DNA from: Terriglobales bacterium
GTDB taxonomy: Bacteria > Acidobacteriota > Terriglobia > Terriglobales > Acidobacteriaceae
Assembly: GCA_051986135.1 (NCBI GenBank)
Contig: JBPYDQ010000002.1
Span: 1-63,758 of the forward strand
Direction: 5' to 3'
Length of the DNA: 63,758 bases
The notes below the pieces were generated by a model. The model was not told the origin of the DNA. It made no database searches and was given only the letters and a program-made list of their open reading frames with translations. The first letter of the stretch is position 1; each line of letters begins with the position of its first letter. Positions 29,430 through 39,427 of this stretch are shown here, piece by piece. Position numbers and translations under genes: made by a program.

Positions 29430-29887
29430 AAGATCTGTAGCATTCGGCTCAGCTGGTCTATTTTAGCAGCCCGCGGGAGCTGCTCGGAGGAATGGAACCG
29501 CCCGCCAACCGGCCCCGAAGCGTCGCCGATGCGACCGGCTGCGCCGCTCGGACTACGCCCTGAGGCAGGCGGGACAAAACCCTGTCACGCATCGGCGCTC
29601 GGCGGCTGGGGAATGGTTTTTTGCCGGCAGCGGACGTCCTATCCACATCGCGGGCGCTCACCCTTGTGGTTTGCCGGGAGGCTATACCGACCGTCCCTGA
29701 GATCCCGGCCCGGGTCGCGAGCCCTCCCGGTGCCGGCCGGTGAAGCTTTTCCTTTTTCTCTTTTTGCCATTTCCGGAGCGCCGGCGGCTTGGAATCCGAA
29801 GGCAATGTGGATATTCGCGGGGCTACAAGTTCACCCCCAAATGTGATTGCGGCGGGCAGTCGAACGCTGACGGAGACGGATTGATCG

Positions 29888-30913
29888 TTACCTCGGCCTG
29901 CCACCGGCAAAGAGTTCTTTCGCCGCGATTACGGTGTTGCTGTGGATGGTTACCGTGTCCTCGACGACGCGAGCGTATCCGCCGGCAAGTGTCACCATGA
30001 CCGGTATACTCCTGGTTTTTGCCGCCCGAAACACCAGCTCATCGCGCTTTTTTAGACCATTCATGCTGAGAGCCAGTCCGCCCAGTTGGTCCTCGCGGTA
30101 GGGATCAGCGCCCGCGACATAGCAGATCAAGTCCGGACCGAACTCGCGCAACCCGGAACTTAGCGCATTGTCTAGCCAACCCAGGTAATCGTCGTCGCCG
30201 ATTTGGTCGGGCAGGTCAATATCGATGGAAGATGGTGGCTTATAGAGTGGGTAATTGTTCTCCTGATGAAGAGAGATGGTGAACACGTCCCCATCGTGCG
30301 CATTGCGGACTTTGGTGGTCGCAGCCGAGGCTAAAGTGGACGCGGACCGCGAGGGCAGCGAAGCGGCTGGAATGCGCATACCGGTGAAGATGGCGGCGGT
30401 TCCGTTGCCCTGGTGTACGTCACAGTCAACCGTCATGGCGCGCCGAATCTTTCGATCGCGCTGCATACACCGAATGGCGACGGCTACGTCATGGATCATG
30501 CAGAACCCCTCGCCGTGGTCAGGAAACGCATGATGGAATCCGCCGCCAATGTTGATAGCAACCCCATCTTTGAGGGCACAGTCGGCCGCCAGAATCGATC
30601 CACCGGCCGCCAGCCAAAAGGCGCGCACCAGTTCGGGCGAGTAAGGAATTTCCATCTCCAGTTCTTCGCGAGCCGAAAGAGTGCCAGTTTTTAATTTGTG
30701 GACGTACTCAGGCTTATGAACGAGGAGAACGTCCTGGTCCGAAGCGGGTTTGGGTGTGAGGAAATCGGACGCGTGGGCTACTCCCGTTTCGACAAGCCGG
30801 TCGTGAATGCGGCGATACTTCTCGGCGGGAAAGACGTGGGGCCCGATAGGGAGATAATAATCGTCGCTGTATACGAGCTTGAAAGGCAGCATACAACACT
30901 CAGCACTCGCCAT
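29888..30913 (-). CDS. Histone deacetylase-family (arginase-fold) deacetylase
   Basis: GGGFHHAFPDHGEGFC and DCDVHQGNGTAAIF motifs. Confidence 0.85.
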   Translation of the reverse strand: MASAECCMLPFKLVYSDDYYLPIGPHVFPAEKYRRIHDRLVETGVAHASDFLTPKPASDQDVLLVHKPEYVHKLKTGTLSAREELEMEIPYSPELVRAFWLAAGGSILAADCALKDGVAINIGGGFHHAFPDHGEGFCMIHDVAVAIRCMQRDRKIRRAMTVDCDVHQGNGTAAIFTGMRIPAASLPSRSASTLASAATTKVRNAHDGDVFTISLHQENNYPLYKPPSSIDIDLPDQIGDDDYLGWLDNALSSGLREFGPDLICYVAGADPYREDQLGGLALSMNGLKKRDELVFRAAKTRSIPVMVTLAGGYARVVEDTVTIHSNTVIAAKELFAGGRPR

Positions 30914-31029
30914 TCGGGCAACGAAAAATCCCTATCATACCGGGTTCAGACCCCGAGCGCAGTACAGTTCGCTGGCTGCCGGGTAACATTGCCTAAGACA
31001 GTTGAATGCCGACTGCTGAACGGGCGAAG

Positions 31030-31434
31030 CTATTTCTTACGCGGGTTAGTTCCAGAAACAGGGGTCACGAGGGGGCGACGGATGGGGACGATGGCTCCCC
31101 TCGACGGATCTGCCGCGGCATTGGCCCGGGAGAGCACTTCTTCCTGGATATACTTCACAAATTCCTGGATCTGATGTTGCATTTCTTCCATGCGCTCGCG
31201 CATTTGAAGAATAATGGCGATTCCCGATATGTTGACACCGAGGTCGCGCGCCAACGACAGGATGAATTCCAGCCGCTGCAAGTCATCATCGGTGTACAGC
31301 CGTGTGTTGCCCTCGGTTCGTGACGGTTTCAGCAAGCCTTCTCTCTCGTAGAGCCGCAGGGTTTGTGGATGGATGCCGTACATCTCGGCAACTGCCGAGA
31401 TCATGTAAGCGCCCTTGGAACGGCGTTTCGTCAT
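31030..31434 (-). CDS. hspR: MerR-family heat-shock regulator, HspR-like
   Basis: MerR HTH (YMISAVAEMYGIHPQTLRLYEREGLLKPSRTEGNTRLYTDDDL). Lies downstream of dnaK/dnaJ on the same strand. Confidence 0.75.
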   Translation of the reverse strand: MTKRRSKGAYMISAVAEMYGIHPQTLRLYEREGLLKPSRTEGNTRLYTDDDLQRLEFILSLARDLGVNISGIAIILQMRERMEEMQHQIQEFVKYIQEEVLSRANAAADPSRGAIVPIRRPLVTPVSGTNPRKK

Positions 31435-31529
31435 TCTAAGTTACTAGCTTACAATAAGTGGAAGGCAAGCCCATGAATTCGAGGAAGCTTACAGATCAGA
31501 TCTGCCTGATCGTGCTAAGCCGTTCGATC

Positions 31530-32927
31530 TCAGGCGGCGGGCTCTACCCCCTCCGATGATGCCCAGCCGGTGGGTTTCAGGAGTGTGTTCAGGGCGTATG
31601 CTGCCACTCCGCCGCCAATCAGAATCATTCCAAACGCGAACGAACTGACTCCCAGAACTTGCTCGGCCTTACTGCGTATGACGGAGAAGCCGAGCAGAAG
31701 AACAGGGGCTATTCCGATCGCGATTGCGCCAATCTTCCCTCCCGGTACCCGAAACGGGCGCGGCAAGTCCGGCTCACGGAAGCGAAGCCGAATCAGGGCC
31801 ACAAACTCAAGTGCCAGACTGGCGCCGTACAGCAAGATGTCAATGGTCACCAGCCGTTCAAATCCAAGTCCAAGGCACAATGCCCAGCAGACGGCCAGGA
31901 AAACAATGGCAACCCAGGGAGCCCGGCTGCGGGGGTGGAGCTTGCCAAATACTCTAGGCAGCATGCCGTCCTGCGCCATGGCCAAGGGCAGGCGCGAGTA
32001 GCTCATGACCAGGGCGTTGAACATGCCAAACCCGCTGATCATGCCTCCCAAAATCAGGGCAATCCGCAGGAGCGGCCCGCCCAGCATGCCAGCGACGTCA
32101 GCCCAAGAACCGGTTTCCCATGTGCTCGGCGCCAGTCCGGTCATCCACATAGCTGCCACCGGAACGATATAGCTCAACGACACAATACCCACCGCCGCCA
32201 GCATAGCCCGAGGATAGGTCCTCTGCGGGCGCTCCACCTCGGTCGCGATGGTGGAGGCGTTATCCCACCCCATGAAGTTCCACATGGCGATGAGCAGGCC
32301 TCCGATCATGTCTGCACTCGAGGTAGTAGGAGTAGTGACCGCATTCGCCAGGGCTCCAATTTTGAATGGCGATAACAGAACAATGAGAAGGAACGGAGCC
32401 GATAGCGCGAAGAACAGCCACAGCGACGTGGTCGAGACCACCTTGACCCCAGCAATGTTCAGCACCACACAGACGATGACCACCGCCAATCCCACCATGA
32501 CTCCGCGACGTCCCTGGGCAAACCACGGGAACATACGGGTAAGGTAGGCTACGAACAGCGTGGGATAGATGGCCATATCGAAAATCGAGGCCACCAGCGA
32601 CAGCCAGGCTTCCTGAAAACCCCAGAAATTCCCCATGGCCCGGCGCACCCAGGCGTAGTACCCACCTTCGAACGGCAAAGCACTGGAGAGTTCGCCAATC
32701 ATGAATGCAGTAGGAAGGCTCCAAAGAAGAGGCGTGAGCAGCAGGATGAGAATGGCTTTCCCGTATCCCGCGCCGTGCACGATGTCTTCGGTCCCATAAG
32801 TTCCGCCCGAGACCATGAAGAAGGTAGCGGCGACCAGGGGCCACAAGGTAAGACGAATCGAATTTTTTCGGGGGCTGACTGGAAACCTGTGCTGCGGGCT
32901 GGAAGGGGGTGCGCTAGCGGTGGCCAA
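31530..32927 (-). CDS. APC-family amino acid permease
   Basis: 465 aa with about 12 predicted helices and an SGGTYGTED N-terminal motif. TTG start. Confidence 0.82.
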   Translation of the reverse strand: MATASAPPSSPQHRFPVSPRKNSIRLTLWPLVAATFFMVSGGTYGTEDIVHGAGYGKAILILLLTPLLWSLPTAFMIGELSSALPFEGGYYAWVRRAMGNFWGFQEAWLSLVASIFDMAIYPTLFVAYLTRMFPWFAQGRRGVMVGLAVVIVCVVLNIAGVKVVSTTSLWLFFALSAPFLLIVLLSPFKIGALANAVTTPTTSSADMIGGLLIAMWNFMGWDNASTIATEVERPQRTYPRAMLAAVGIVSLSYIVPVAAMWMTGLAPSTWETGSWADVAGMLGGPLLRIALILGGMISGFGMFNALVMSYSRLPLAMAQDGMLPRVFGKLHPRSRAPWVAIVFLAVCWALCLGLGFERLVTIDILLYGASLALEFVALIRLRFREPDLPRPFRVPGGKIGAIAIGIAPVLLLGFSVIRSKAEQVLGVSSFAFGMILIGGGVAAYALNTLLKPTGWASSEGVEPAA

Positions 32928-33193
32928 TTTCTATGGCTTCCTCCCTGGGCGACTCACTCTCACCACCCCGTCTCCCTTTTATCGAGGCTCCCGGTTTAAC
33001 CGCGATTTCCGGGCATTTCGGCGAAGTTAGTTCGCAAGCGAAGCATACGGCAAATTAGATGTGCTGCAAACATAAATCTGGGATAATTTTTTTCCGGCGG
33101 GACAAGAATGCGAGTAACAGAAAATTTGCCCAACACACGGGGACATAAAGGAAGGCTCCCCTCGGCGGCGCTTGTCTTCTTTTGAGTCAATTC

Positions 33194-34426
33194 TCAGATC
33201 TTGGACCAGAGTTCGGTGCGAGGATCTTCAGGATTAAGTTTGGCGATCTCACGGAAGAGTTCTTTAGTGCGCTCGTCGTGGGGCATGGGAACACTCACTT
33301 TCACTTCCACGATCTCATCGCCACGCCGGCCATCCTGAGTTGCCGAAGGAACACCTTTTTCCCGCAGGCGCAGCTTCTGCCCGGATTGCGTCCCGGGCGG
33401 AATCTTCAGAAGCGTACGACCGTCGATGGTGGGGACCTCGATTTTTGATCCGAGAGCAGCCTCGCTGGCGCTCACAGGAACGGTTAGGTGAATGTCGTCA
33501 CCTTCGCGATGAAAAACGGGGTGATCGCCGGTTCGAATGATCACGTAAAGGTCGCCCGCCTGTCCGCTCCGAGCTCCGGCATTGCCTTTGCCGGCCAGAC
33601 GAATGCGTTGTCCATCGCGCGTACCCGGCTTGATCCGAACTTCCAGCGGCTCGGTGCGTTCGACGGTTCCTTCGCCGGCGCAGGCCGGGCAGGTAGAGAT
33701 ATTTTTCCCGGTGCCATTGCAGCGAGGGCAGGGAACGTTGAATTTCATTCTTCCGCCGGTCTGTGTGATTTGGCCCGAGCCTTTGCATTGCGGGCACACG
33801 CCCGGGCTCTCCAGATACCCTTTGCCCTGACAATTACTACACGTGTCGCGCCGCGTGATGTCTAAACGCATGACGCCGCCACGGATCGCGGTCCAGAAGG
33901 GGACGTTAACCTGGTACTCCAGATCTGTACCCCGCCCGGTTCCCTCTTCGCTCGCGGCCGGCCCGCCGCGGCCACCGCCGAACATACTGGAGAAAATGTC
34001 TCGGAATTCTCCCGCCCCACGGGGGGAAGGCCCCCGGGCCTTACCGCCCTCAAACAAGTCGGAGAAATCAAAGCCGCCAAAATCAAAATGGACTCCCTGG
34101 CCACCGGCAGTCTGCTGGCCACCGGGAAATCCGCCGAACCCGCCAGCCCCGGTTGGCCCGCCCCGAGCGTAGGCTTCGGCGGCCGCAGGATCGATATTGT
34201 CGGAGTAGAAACCCAGCTGATCGTAGATTTTTCGCTTCTTGGGATCGCTCAGGACATCGTTGGCCTCAGAGATCGCCTTGAACCGTTCCTCGGCCGTTTT
34301 ATCCCCAGGATTGACGTCCGGGTGGTATTTGCGGGCGAGCTTGCGGAAGGCTTTGCGAATTTCCTCAGCCGAAGCGTTTTTTTTGACTCCAAGCGCGCCG
34401 TAATAATCTTTTGTCTGAGTAGCCAT
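33194..34426 (-). CDS. dnaJ: Molecular chaperone DnaJ
   Basis: J domain with HPD (KYHPDVNP), a G/F-rich linker and four CxxCxGxG zinc repeats. Confidence 0.96.
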   Translation of the reverse strand: MATQTKDYYGALGVKKNASAEEIRKAFRKLARKYHPDVNPGDKTAEERFKAISEANDVLSDPKKRKIYDQLGFYSDNIDPAAAEAYARGGPTGAGGFGGFPGGQQTAGGQGVHFDFGGFDFSDLFEGGKARGPSPRGAGEFRDIFSSMFGGGRGGPAASEEGTGRGTDLEYQVNVPFWTAIRGGVMRLDITRRDTCSNCQGKGYLESPGVCPQCKGSGQITQTGGRMKFNVPCPRCNGTGKNISTCPACAGEGTVERTEPLEVRIKPGTRDGQRIRLAGKGNAGARSGQAGDLYVIIRTGDHPVFHREGDDIHLTVPVSASEAALGSKIEVPTIDGRTLLKIPPGTQSGQKLRLREKGVPSATQDGRRGDEIVEVKVSVPMPHDERTKELFREIAKLNPEDPRTELWSKI

Positions 34427-34631
34427 CGGTGGATCTCAAATATTCGGTGAGGAGCAAAGGGGTAAGCTTGAATCGAACCAAGCCATGCCCCTTAGATCAG
34501 GCACCGCCCCCTCCGGGAATTCCTGTTGGTCCCTGATTGATCTGCCTTCGAATACTTCTCCGCTCCAGAATTCTCGGCCAAGTCTTGCCATCCGGGGGGT
34601 TGATTCGATTCAATCAGCCGAATCTTCTTTC

Positions 34632-34648
34632 GCAAGCTGCCAGCTTGC
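34632..34648. promoter_or_regulatory. Perfect 17-bp palindrome (candidate operator) upstream of dnaJ
   Basis: GCAAGCTG-c-CAGCTTGC read directly, about 205 nt upstream of the dnaJ ATG. Confidence 0.3.
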
Positions 34649-34720
34649 CGAATGCTGTCGGGTTCGTAACATTGCGACCGGTGCGGAGTCCTTCGCTGCC
34701 ATGAGATGACGGTTCAGTTA

Positions 34721-34897
34721 TCAGTGCCGGATCGTCGGCTTGCTTTTCTCCGCCAGAACGATCTTACCGGTGGCAGGCGCGTCTACATACACCGGAATCC
34801 GATTTATGCCGGTGGCGGTATTTTGGAACACATACCAGCGGTGTTCGTCCTCAACAAAAGCCAAGAAATAATTTTGTCCGTTTACTTCGAATTGCAA
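34721..34897 (-). CDS. Unannotated 58-codon ORF between dnaK and dnaJ (hypothetical small protein)
   Basis: GAGGAGAA Shine-Dalgarno 8 nt before TTG 34897. It encodes LQFEVNGQNYFLAFVEDEHRWYVFQNTATGINRIPVYVDAPATGKIVLAEKSKPTIRH with a TGA stop at 34721-34723. It falls below the 60-aa cutoff of the ORF track and sits just after the dnaK terminator. Confidence 0.4.
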   Translation of the reverse strand: MQFEVNGQNYFLAFVEDEHRWYVFQNTATGINRIPVYVDAPATGKIVLAEKSKPTIRH

Positions 34898-34938
34898 TTG
34901 AGTAGTTCTCCTCGGTAACCCAAAAAATTTGATAATGG

Positions 34939-34970
34939 CCGAAAGGGGCGCTCGCCGCGCCCCTTTCCGG
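34939..34970 (-). terminator. dnaK terminator hairpin
   Basis: 11-bp perfect GC-rich stem (GAAAGGGGCGC / GCGCCCCTTTC) with a 5-nt loop, 34 nt after the dnaK stop. The T6 run on the minus strand lies 11 nt further on. Confidence 0.6.
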
Positions 34971-35003
34971 TCTTCACAGAGCTAACAGTCATGAGCTAAT
35001 TGC

Positions 35004-36944
35004 TCATTTCTTGTCCTCTACGTCCACGTATTCGGCGTCGATCACGCCCTCGTCCTTCTTCTGGCCTCCACTATCCGGGCTGGGACCTCGATCGGCTCCC
35101 GCGCCCGGAGTCGGGCCGGCTGCGCCCGGGGCTCCCTGGGCCTGGGTGGCCTTGTACATCTGCTCAGCCAGCTTGTGCGACGCCTGGGTCAGACGCTCGC
35201 GGACACGATCCATCTGGCTCTTGTCGCCGGACTCCAATGCCTTCTTGGCGTCAGCCACGGCGTTCTCGACATCACCACGTTCGGAACCGGAGATCTGGTC
35301 GCCATGCTCACGCAGCATTTTTTCAACGTTGTAAACCATCGAGTCCAGCTGGTTGCGAGCCTCGATCTCCTCCCGCTTGACCTTGTCTTCGGCCGAATGG
35401 GCGTCCGCTTCCTTGGCCATCCGCTCGACTTCTTCCTTGCTCAGACCTGAAGAAGAGGTGATGGTGATCTTCTGGTCCTTGCCTGTGGCCATGTCCTTCG
35501 CGGTCACGTTCAGAATGCCGTTGGCATCGATGTCGAAGGTGACTTCAATCTGCGGCACTCCCCGCGGAGCCGGCGGTAAGCCGGTCAAATGGAATTTACC
35601 CAGCGTGCGGTTCTGAGCCGCCATGGGACGTTCGCCCTGCAGCACGTGAACCTCGACTGAAGTCTGACTATCGGCTGCGGTCGAGAACGTTTCCGTCTTG
35701 CGCGTCGGAATCGTCGTGTTGCGCGGGATCATCGGGGTAGCGACACCGCCCAGCGTCTCAATCGCGAGCGTCAACGGGGTGACATCGAGCAGGAGCAGAT
35801 CTTTGACTTCACCCTTGAGTACGCCACCTTGGATGGCTGCACCGACGGCCACAACCTCGTCGGGATTGACACCCTTGTGCCCCTCTTTCCCGAACAACTC
35901 TTTAACTAGCGCCTGGATCCGAGGCATGCGGGTTTGCCCGCCAACCAGCACCACTTCGTTGATCTTGCTGGGATCGACGCCGGCATCCTTCATGCACTGG
36001 CGGCATGGACCGACCGAGCGCTGGATGATGTCCTCGACCATGCCCTCTAGCTTTGCCCGGGTCAGCTTCTTTACCAAGTGTTTGGGGCCGCTGGCATCGG
36101 CCGTGATGAAGGGCAGGTTAATCTCGGTTTCCATGGTGGTGGAGAGCTCGATTTTGGCCCGCTCAGCTGCATCACGCAGGCGCTGCAAAGCCATTTCATT
36201 GCCCTTGCCGCGCAGGTCGAGGCCTTCGTCCTTTTTGAACTCATCTACCAGCCAATCTACGATGCGCTGATCAATATTGTCGCCGCCTAGATGGGTATCA
36301 CCGTTGGTGGCCTTTACTTCGATTACACCTTCGCCGACTTCGAGAATCGAAATGTCGAACGTACCACCACCGAAGTCGTATACCGCGATGGTTTCGTCTT
36401 TCTTTTTGTCGAGCCCATAAGCGAGCGCTGCCGCCGTGGGCTCGTTGATAATCCGCTTCACATCGAGACCGGAAATTTTGCCGGCATCCTTGGTCGCTTG
36501 CCGCTGCGCATCGTTGAAGTATGCCGGGACAGTGATGACTGCTTCGGTGACCGGCTCCCCAAGGTAGTCTTCCGCCGCTTTCTTTAACTTCTGCAGAATC
36601 ATGGCGGAAACTTGCGGAGGCGTATACTCCTTGCCCTGCGCCACGACCGCCACATGGTCGCCGGACTGCACGACCTTGTAGGGCACCATTTTCATTTCTT
36701 CGCTAACTTCGTCGTAGCGCCGTCCCATGAAGCGCTTGATCGAATAAATCGTGTTCTCGGGATTCGTGATCGCCTGGCGCTTAGCGACCTGTCCGACCAG
36801 CCGTTCGCCAGTCTTGGTGAATCCCACCACAGAGGGAGTAGTCCGCCCACCCTCTTCGTTTGGTATAACCTTGGGTTCACCCCCTTCCATGACGGCTACT
36901 ACCGAGTTGGTCGTTCCCAAGTCGATTCCAATAATCTTGGCCAT
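35004..36944 (-). CDS. dnaK: Molecular chaperone DnaK (Hsp70)
   Basis: [26 protein letters not shown] and [10 protein letters not shown] motifs across 646 aa. Confidence 0.98.
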   Translation of the reverse strand: MAKIIGIDLGTTNSVVAVMEGGEPKVIPNEEGGRTTPSVVGFTKTGERLVGQVAKRQAITNPENTIYSIKRFMGRRYDEVSEEMKMVPYKVVQSGDHVAVVAQGKEYTPPQVSAMILQKLKKAAEDYLGEPVTEAVITVPAYFNDAQRQATKDAGKISGLDVKRIINEPTAAALAYGLDKKKDETIAVYDFGGGTFDISILEVGEGVIEVKATNGDTHLGGDNIDQRIVDWLVDEFKKDEGLDLRGKGNEMALQRLRDAAERAKIELSTTMETEINLPFITADASGPKHLVKKLTRAKLEGMVEDIIQRSVGPCRQCMKDAGVDPSKINEVVLVGGQTRMPRIQALVKELFGKEGHKGVNPDEVVAVGAAIQGGVLKGEVKDLLLLDVTPLTLAIETLGGVATPMIPRNTTIPTRKTETFSTAADSQTSVEVHVLQGERPMAAQNRTLGKFHLTGLPPAPRGVPQIEVTFDIDANGILNVTAKDMATGKDQKITITSSSGLSKEEVERMAKEADAHSAEDKVKREEIEARNQLDSMVYNVEKMLREHGDQISGSERGDVENAVADAKKALESGDKSQMDRVRERLTQASHKLAEQMYKATQAQGAPGAAGPTPGAGADRGPSPDSGGQKKDEGVIDAEYVDVEDKK

Positions 36945-37020
36945 TGCGTTCCTCCCGCAAGATAATATAAGTGATTGAAAATAAGCAGTCTGTTGTCCTT
37001 CTCCGGCTTACAGCGACAAC

Positions 37021-37049
37021 ATAATAGAATCTGAGCACGTTACTGTCAA
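37021..37049 (-). promoter_or_regulatory. Near-consensus sigma70-type promoter of dnaK
   Basis: On the minus strand, TTGACA-N17-TATTAT lies about 75 nt upstream of the dnaK ATG. GGGAGGAA Shine-Dalgarno sits 4 nt before the ATG. Confidence 0.5.
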
Positions 37050-37155
37050 TCTCTTAGATGAACTTCGAGATGGCCTGGTTGCAAGGATGTACTGGCTAGC
37101 GATGATTTGTAGCTTGCTGGAGGGATGGGGCGCTAGAGCCGTCGTCCTCAGCCGA

Positions 37156-39030
37156 TTACTCGACCGTGACTGACTTGGCCAGATTGCGCGGCTGATCGAC
37201 ATCGCATCCGCGGCGGACGGCGATGTGGTACGCGAGCAATTGCAGAGGCACGATCTCCAGGATGGCCGACAACTCCTCTGTGGTGGTAGGGATATAAATC
37301 ACTTGATCAGCCACTTCTTTGATCTCTTCGTCGCCCTCGGTCGCCAATGCGATTACCTTACCGGATCTTGCTTTCACCTCTTTTAGGTTGGAGATCGTTT
37401 TCTCGTAGCGCACCACCGAACCTGGGTCAGTGGAATCGCGAGTGGCGATGATCACAACCGGCAGGTTCTCGTCGATCAGTGCGTTGGGACCGTGTTTCAT
37501 CTCGCCGGCTGGATAGCCTTCCGCGTGAATATACGAGATCTCTTTTAGCTTCAGTGCGCCTTCCAGCGCGATCGGGTAATGGATGCCGCGCCCGAGAAAT
37601 AGGAAGTCTTGTGAGCGCACGTACTGCTTGGCCAGTTCCTCGCAATCTTCTTCATGTGTGAGCTGGTGTTCAAGCTTGCCGGGAATTTTCGTGAGGTACT
37701 GCACCGCTTCGCGGGCCTGCTCGTGGGCCATGGCTCCGCGGACCTGAGCCAGGTACAGAGCGAACAGGTACAAGGCGGTCAACTGAGCGGTGAAGGCTTT
37801 GGTCGAAGCTACCCCGATCTCAGGGCCGGCATGGGTATAGATGGTTCCTGCGGCCTCACGCGTAACCATCGAACCCACAACATTGCAGATGGCCACCGTC
37901 TTGGAGTTGCGAGCCTTGGCTTCGCGTTGAGCGGCAATGGTGTCGGCGGTTTCGCCCGACTGGGATATCACTAAGGTGATGTTGTCCGGGGTGATAATAG
38001 GATTGCGATAGCGCCATTCGCTGGCATAATCGACCTCGACGGGAACCCGCGCCAGGCGTTCGATCATGAACTTGCCGGCCAATCCAGCGTGCCAGCTGGT
38101 GCCACAGGCCACGATGTTGAGTTTCTTGGCGGCGCAAAACTCGGCATCGGAGATCTCCATTTCATCCAGAAAAACGTGACCGGTATCTTGCGAAATGCGG
38201 CCCAGCGTGGTGTCGCGCACAGAGCGGGGCTGCTCGTAAATCTCCTTCAGCATGAAATGCTTGAATCCACCCTTTTCCGCCATGATCGGGTCCCAAGTCA
38301 CGTGCTGAACTTGCCGCACGATGGGGTTGCCCTCGAAATCGGTGAGTTGTACTCCGCTGGGGGTGATCACAGCGAGGTCACCGTCGGCGAGAAAGAAGAG
38401 ATCGCGAGTGTGGTAGAGAATTGCCGGGACATCGGAAGCCACAAAGTATTCGTCTTTGCCCAACCCGATGACAGCCGGCGGACCATTGCGGGCGGCGACA
38501 ATTTTATTTGGTTCGTCCACCGAGATGACGGCCAGAGCGAAGACGCCAGTCAGTTCCTTTACTGCTTTACGAACCGCCTCTTCCAAGCTGGGGTGACGAC
38601 CATTGCTGGACTTCAGAAAGTAGCTTTCGACCAGATGAGCGATGATTTCGGTATCCGTCTCAGTGGTGAACTGATGGCCTTCTTCCACCAACTTTCTTTT
38701 CAAGGAGAGGTAGTTCTCGATAATGCCGTTGTGCACCACAACCACACGGCCAGTGCAATCCCGGTGAGGATGGGCATTCTCCTCCGTAGGCCGGCCGTGG
38801 GTCGCCCAGCGGGTATGGCCGATTCCATAGGTTCCGTCGATCGGTTTCAGACGGATGACCTCTTCCAGGTTGCGTAGTTTGCCCTCGGCACGCCGGATCT
38901 GCAACCCCTGGCCATTTCCGGACACGGCGATCCCGGCCGAGTCGTAGCCCCGGTACTCGAGTTTTCTCAACCCCTCGAGAATGACGGGAACGACACGCTT
39001 CTTCCCCACGTATCCTACGATTCCACACAT
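37156..39030 (-). CDS. glmS: Glutamine--fructose-6-phosphate aminotransferase
   Basis: [10 protein letters not shown]-terminal nucleophile, two SIS domains and a C-terminal ...NLAKSVTVE. Confidence 0.98.
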   Translation of the reverse strand: MCGIVGYVGKKRVVPVILEGLRKLEYRGYDSAGIAVSGNGQGLQIRRAEGKLRNLEEVIRLKPIDGTYGIGHTRWATHGRPTEENAHPHRDCTGRVVVVHNGIIENYLSLKRKLVEEGHQFTTETDTEIIAHLVESYFLKSSNGRHPSLEEAVRKAVKELTGVFALAVISVDEPNKIVAARNGPPAVIGLGKDEYFVASDVPAILYHTRDLFFLADGDLAVITPSGVQLTDFEGNPIVRQVQHVTWDPIMAEKGGFKHFMLKEIYEQPRSVRDTTLGRISQDTGHVFLDEMEISDAEFCAAKKLNIVACGTSWHAGLAGKFMIERLARVPVEVDYASEWRYRNPIITPDNITLVISQSGETADTIAAQREAKARNSKTVAICNVVGSMVTREAAGTIYTHAGPEIGVASTKAFTAQLTALYLFALYLAQVRGAMAHEQAREAVQYLTKIPGKLEHQLTHEEDCEELAKQYVRSQDFLFLGRGIHYPIALEGALKLKEISYIHAEGYPAGEMKHGPNALIDENLPVVIIATRDSTDPGSVVRYEKTISNLKEVKARSGKVIALATEGDEEIKEVADQVIYIPTTTEELSAILEIVPLQLLAYHIAVRRGCDVDQPRNLAKSVTVE

Positions 39031-39110
39031 TCCGTGACTCCTTCAGCTTGGGCCGATGCCACCACTTATGCGCGAATACAGCCAGCCATAGTCCGCTACA
39101 AAGGGGGGAA

Positions 39111-39356
39111 TTAATCCTCGAGAGAGAATCGGAACTCTTCAATGACGGGGTTAGTCAGCACTTCGCGGGCCATGCGTTCAACCTCCGCCTGGGCTTCGGC
39201 TTGGTTCAAGCCGCCGTCCAGTGTAATCTCGAAATACTTGCCCTGGCGCACGTCCTCCAGACCCCGGTATCCCATCTTCTTAAGCGCTCCCTGAATGGTT
39301 TTACCCTGGGGATCCAAGACACTCTTCTTAAGGGAGACGTAAACGAAAGCTCGCAT
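39111..39356 (-). CDS. purS: Phosphoribosylformylglycinamidine synthase subunit PurS
   Basis: 81 aa with the VLDPQGKTIQGALKKMGY signature. Confidence 0.88.
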   Translation of the reverse strand: MRAFVYVSLKKSVLDPQGKTIQGALKKMGYRGLEDVRQGKYFEITLDGGLNQAEAQAEVERMAREVLTNPVIEEFRFSLED

Positions 39357-39427
39357 CGAGAAGCATTATACGTCACCTCTGGAGGTAAGGCAGCGCGCCA
39401 GGGGAGCTGGTCGAAGGTGCCACAACC

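Noticed and set aside
29458-29910. 150-aa minus-strand ORF in the ffh-HDAC spacer.
   Set aside because: It has extreme Arg/Pro/Ser/Gly composition and no motifs, and it overlaps the HDAC gene's 3' end. The region is treated as non-coding.
34458-34492. tRNA-like T-arm sequence (GGCTTGGTTCGATTCAAGC followed by a CCCC acceptor-like run) on the minus strand upstream of dnaJ.
   Set aside because: The loop would be 8 nt rather than 7. No complementary 5' acceptor strand, D-arm or anticodon arm exists within 80 nt upstream. I treat it as a hairpin, not a tRNA or tRNA fragment.
36945-37155. Search for CIRCE (TTAGCACTC-N9-GAGTGCTAA) or HAIR (CTTGAGT-N7-ACTCAAG) operators upstream of dnaK.
   Set aside because: Only a weak imperfect inverted repeat (ATCTAAG-N17-CTCAGAT) spans the -35 region. 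Nothing matches either consensus.
39031-39110. Possible glmS ribozyme upstream of glmS.
   Set aside because: The spacer to purS is only 80 nt, too short for the roughly 170-nt ribozyme, and no conserved core sequence is present.
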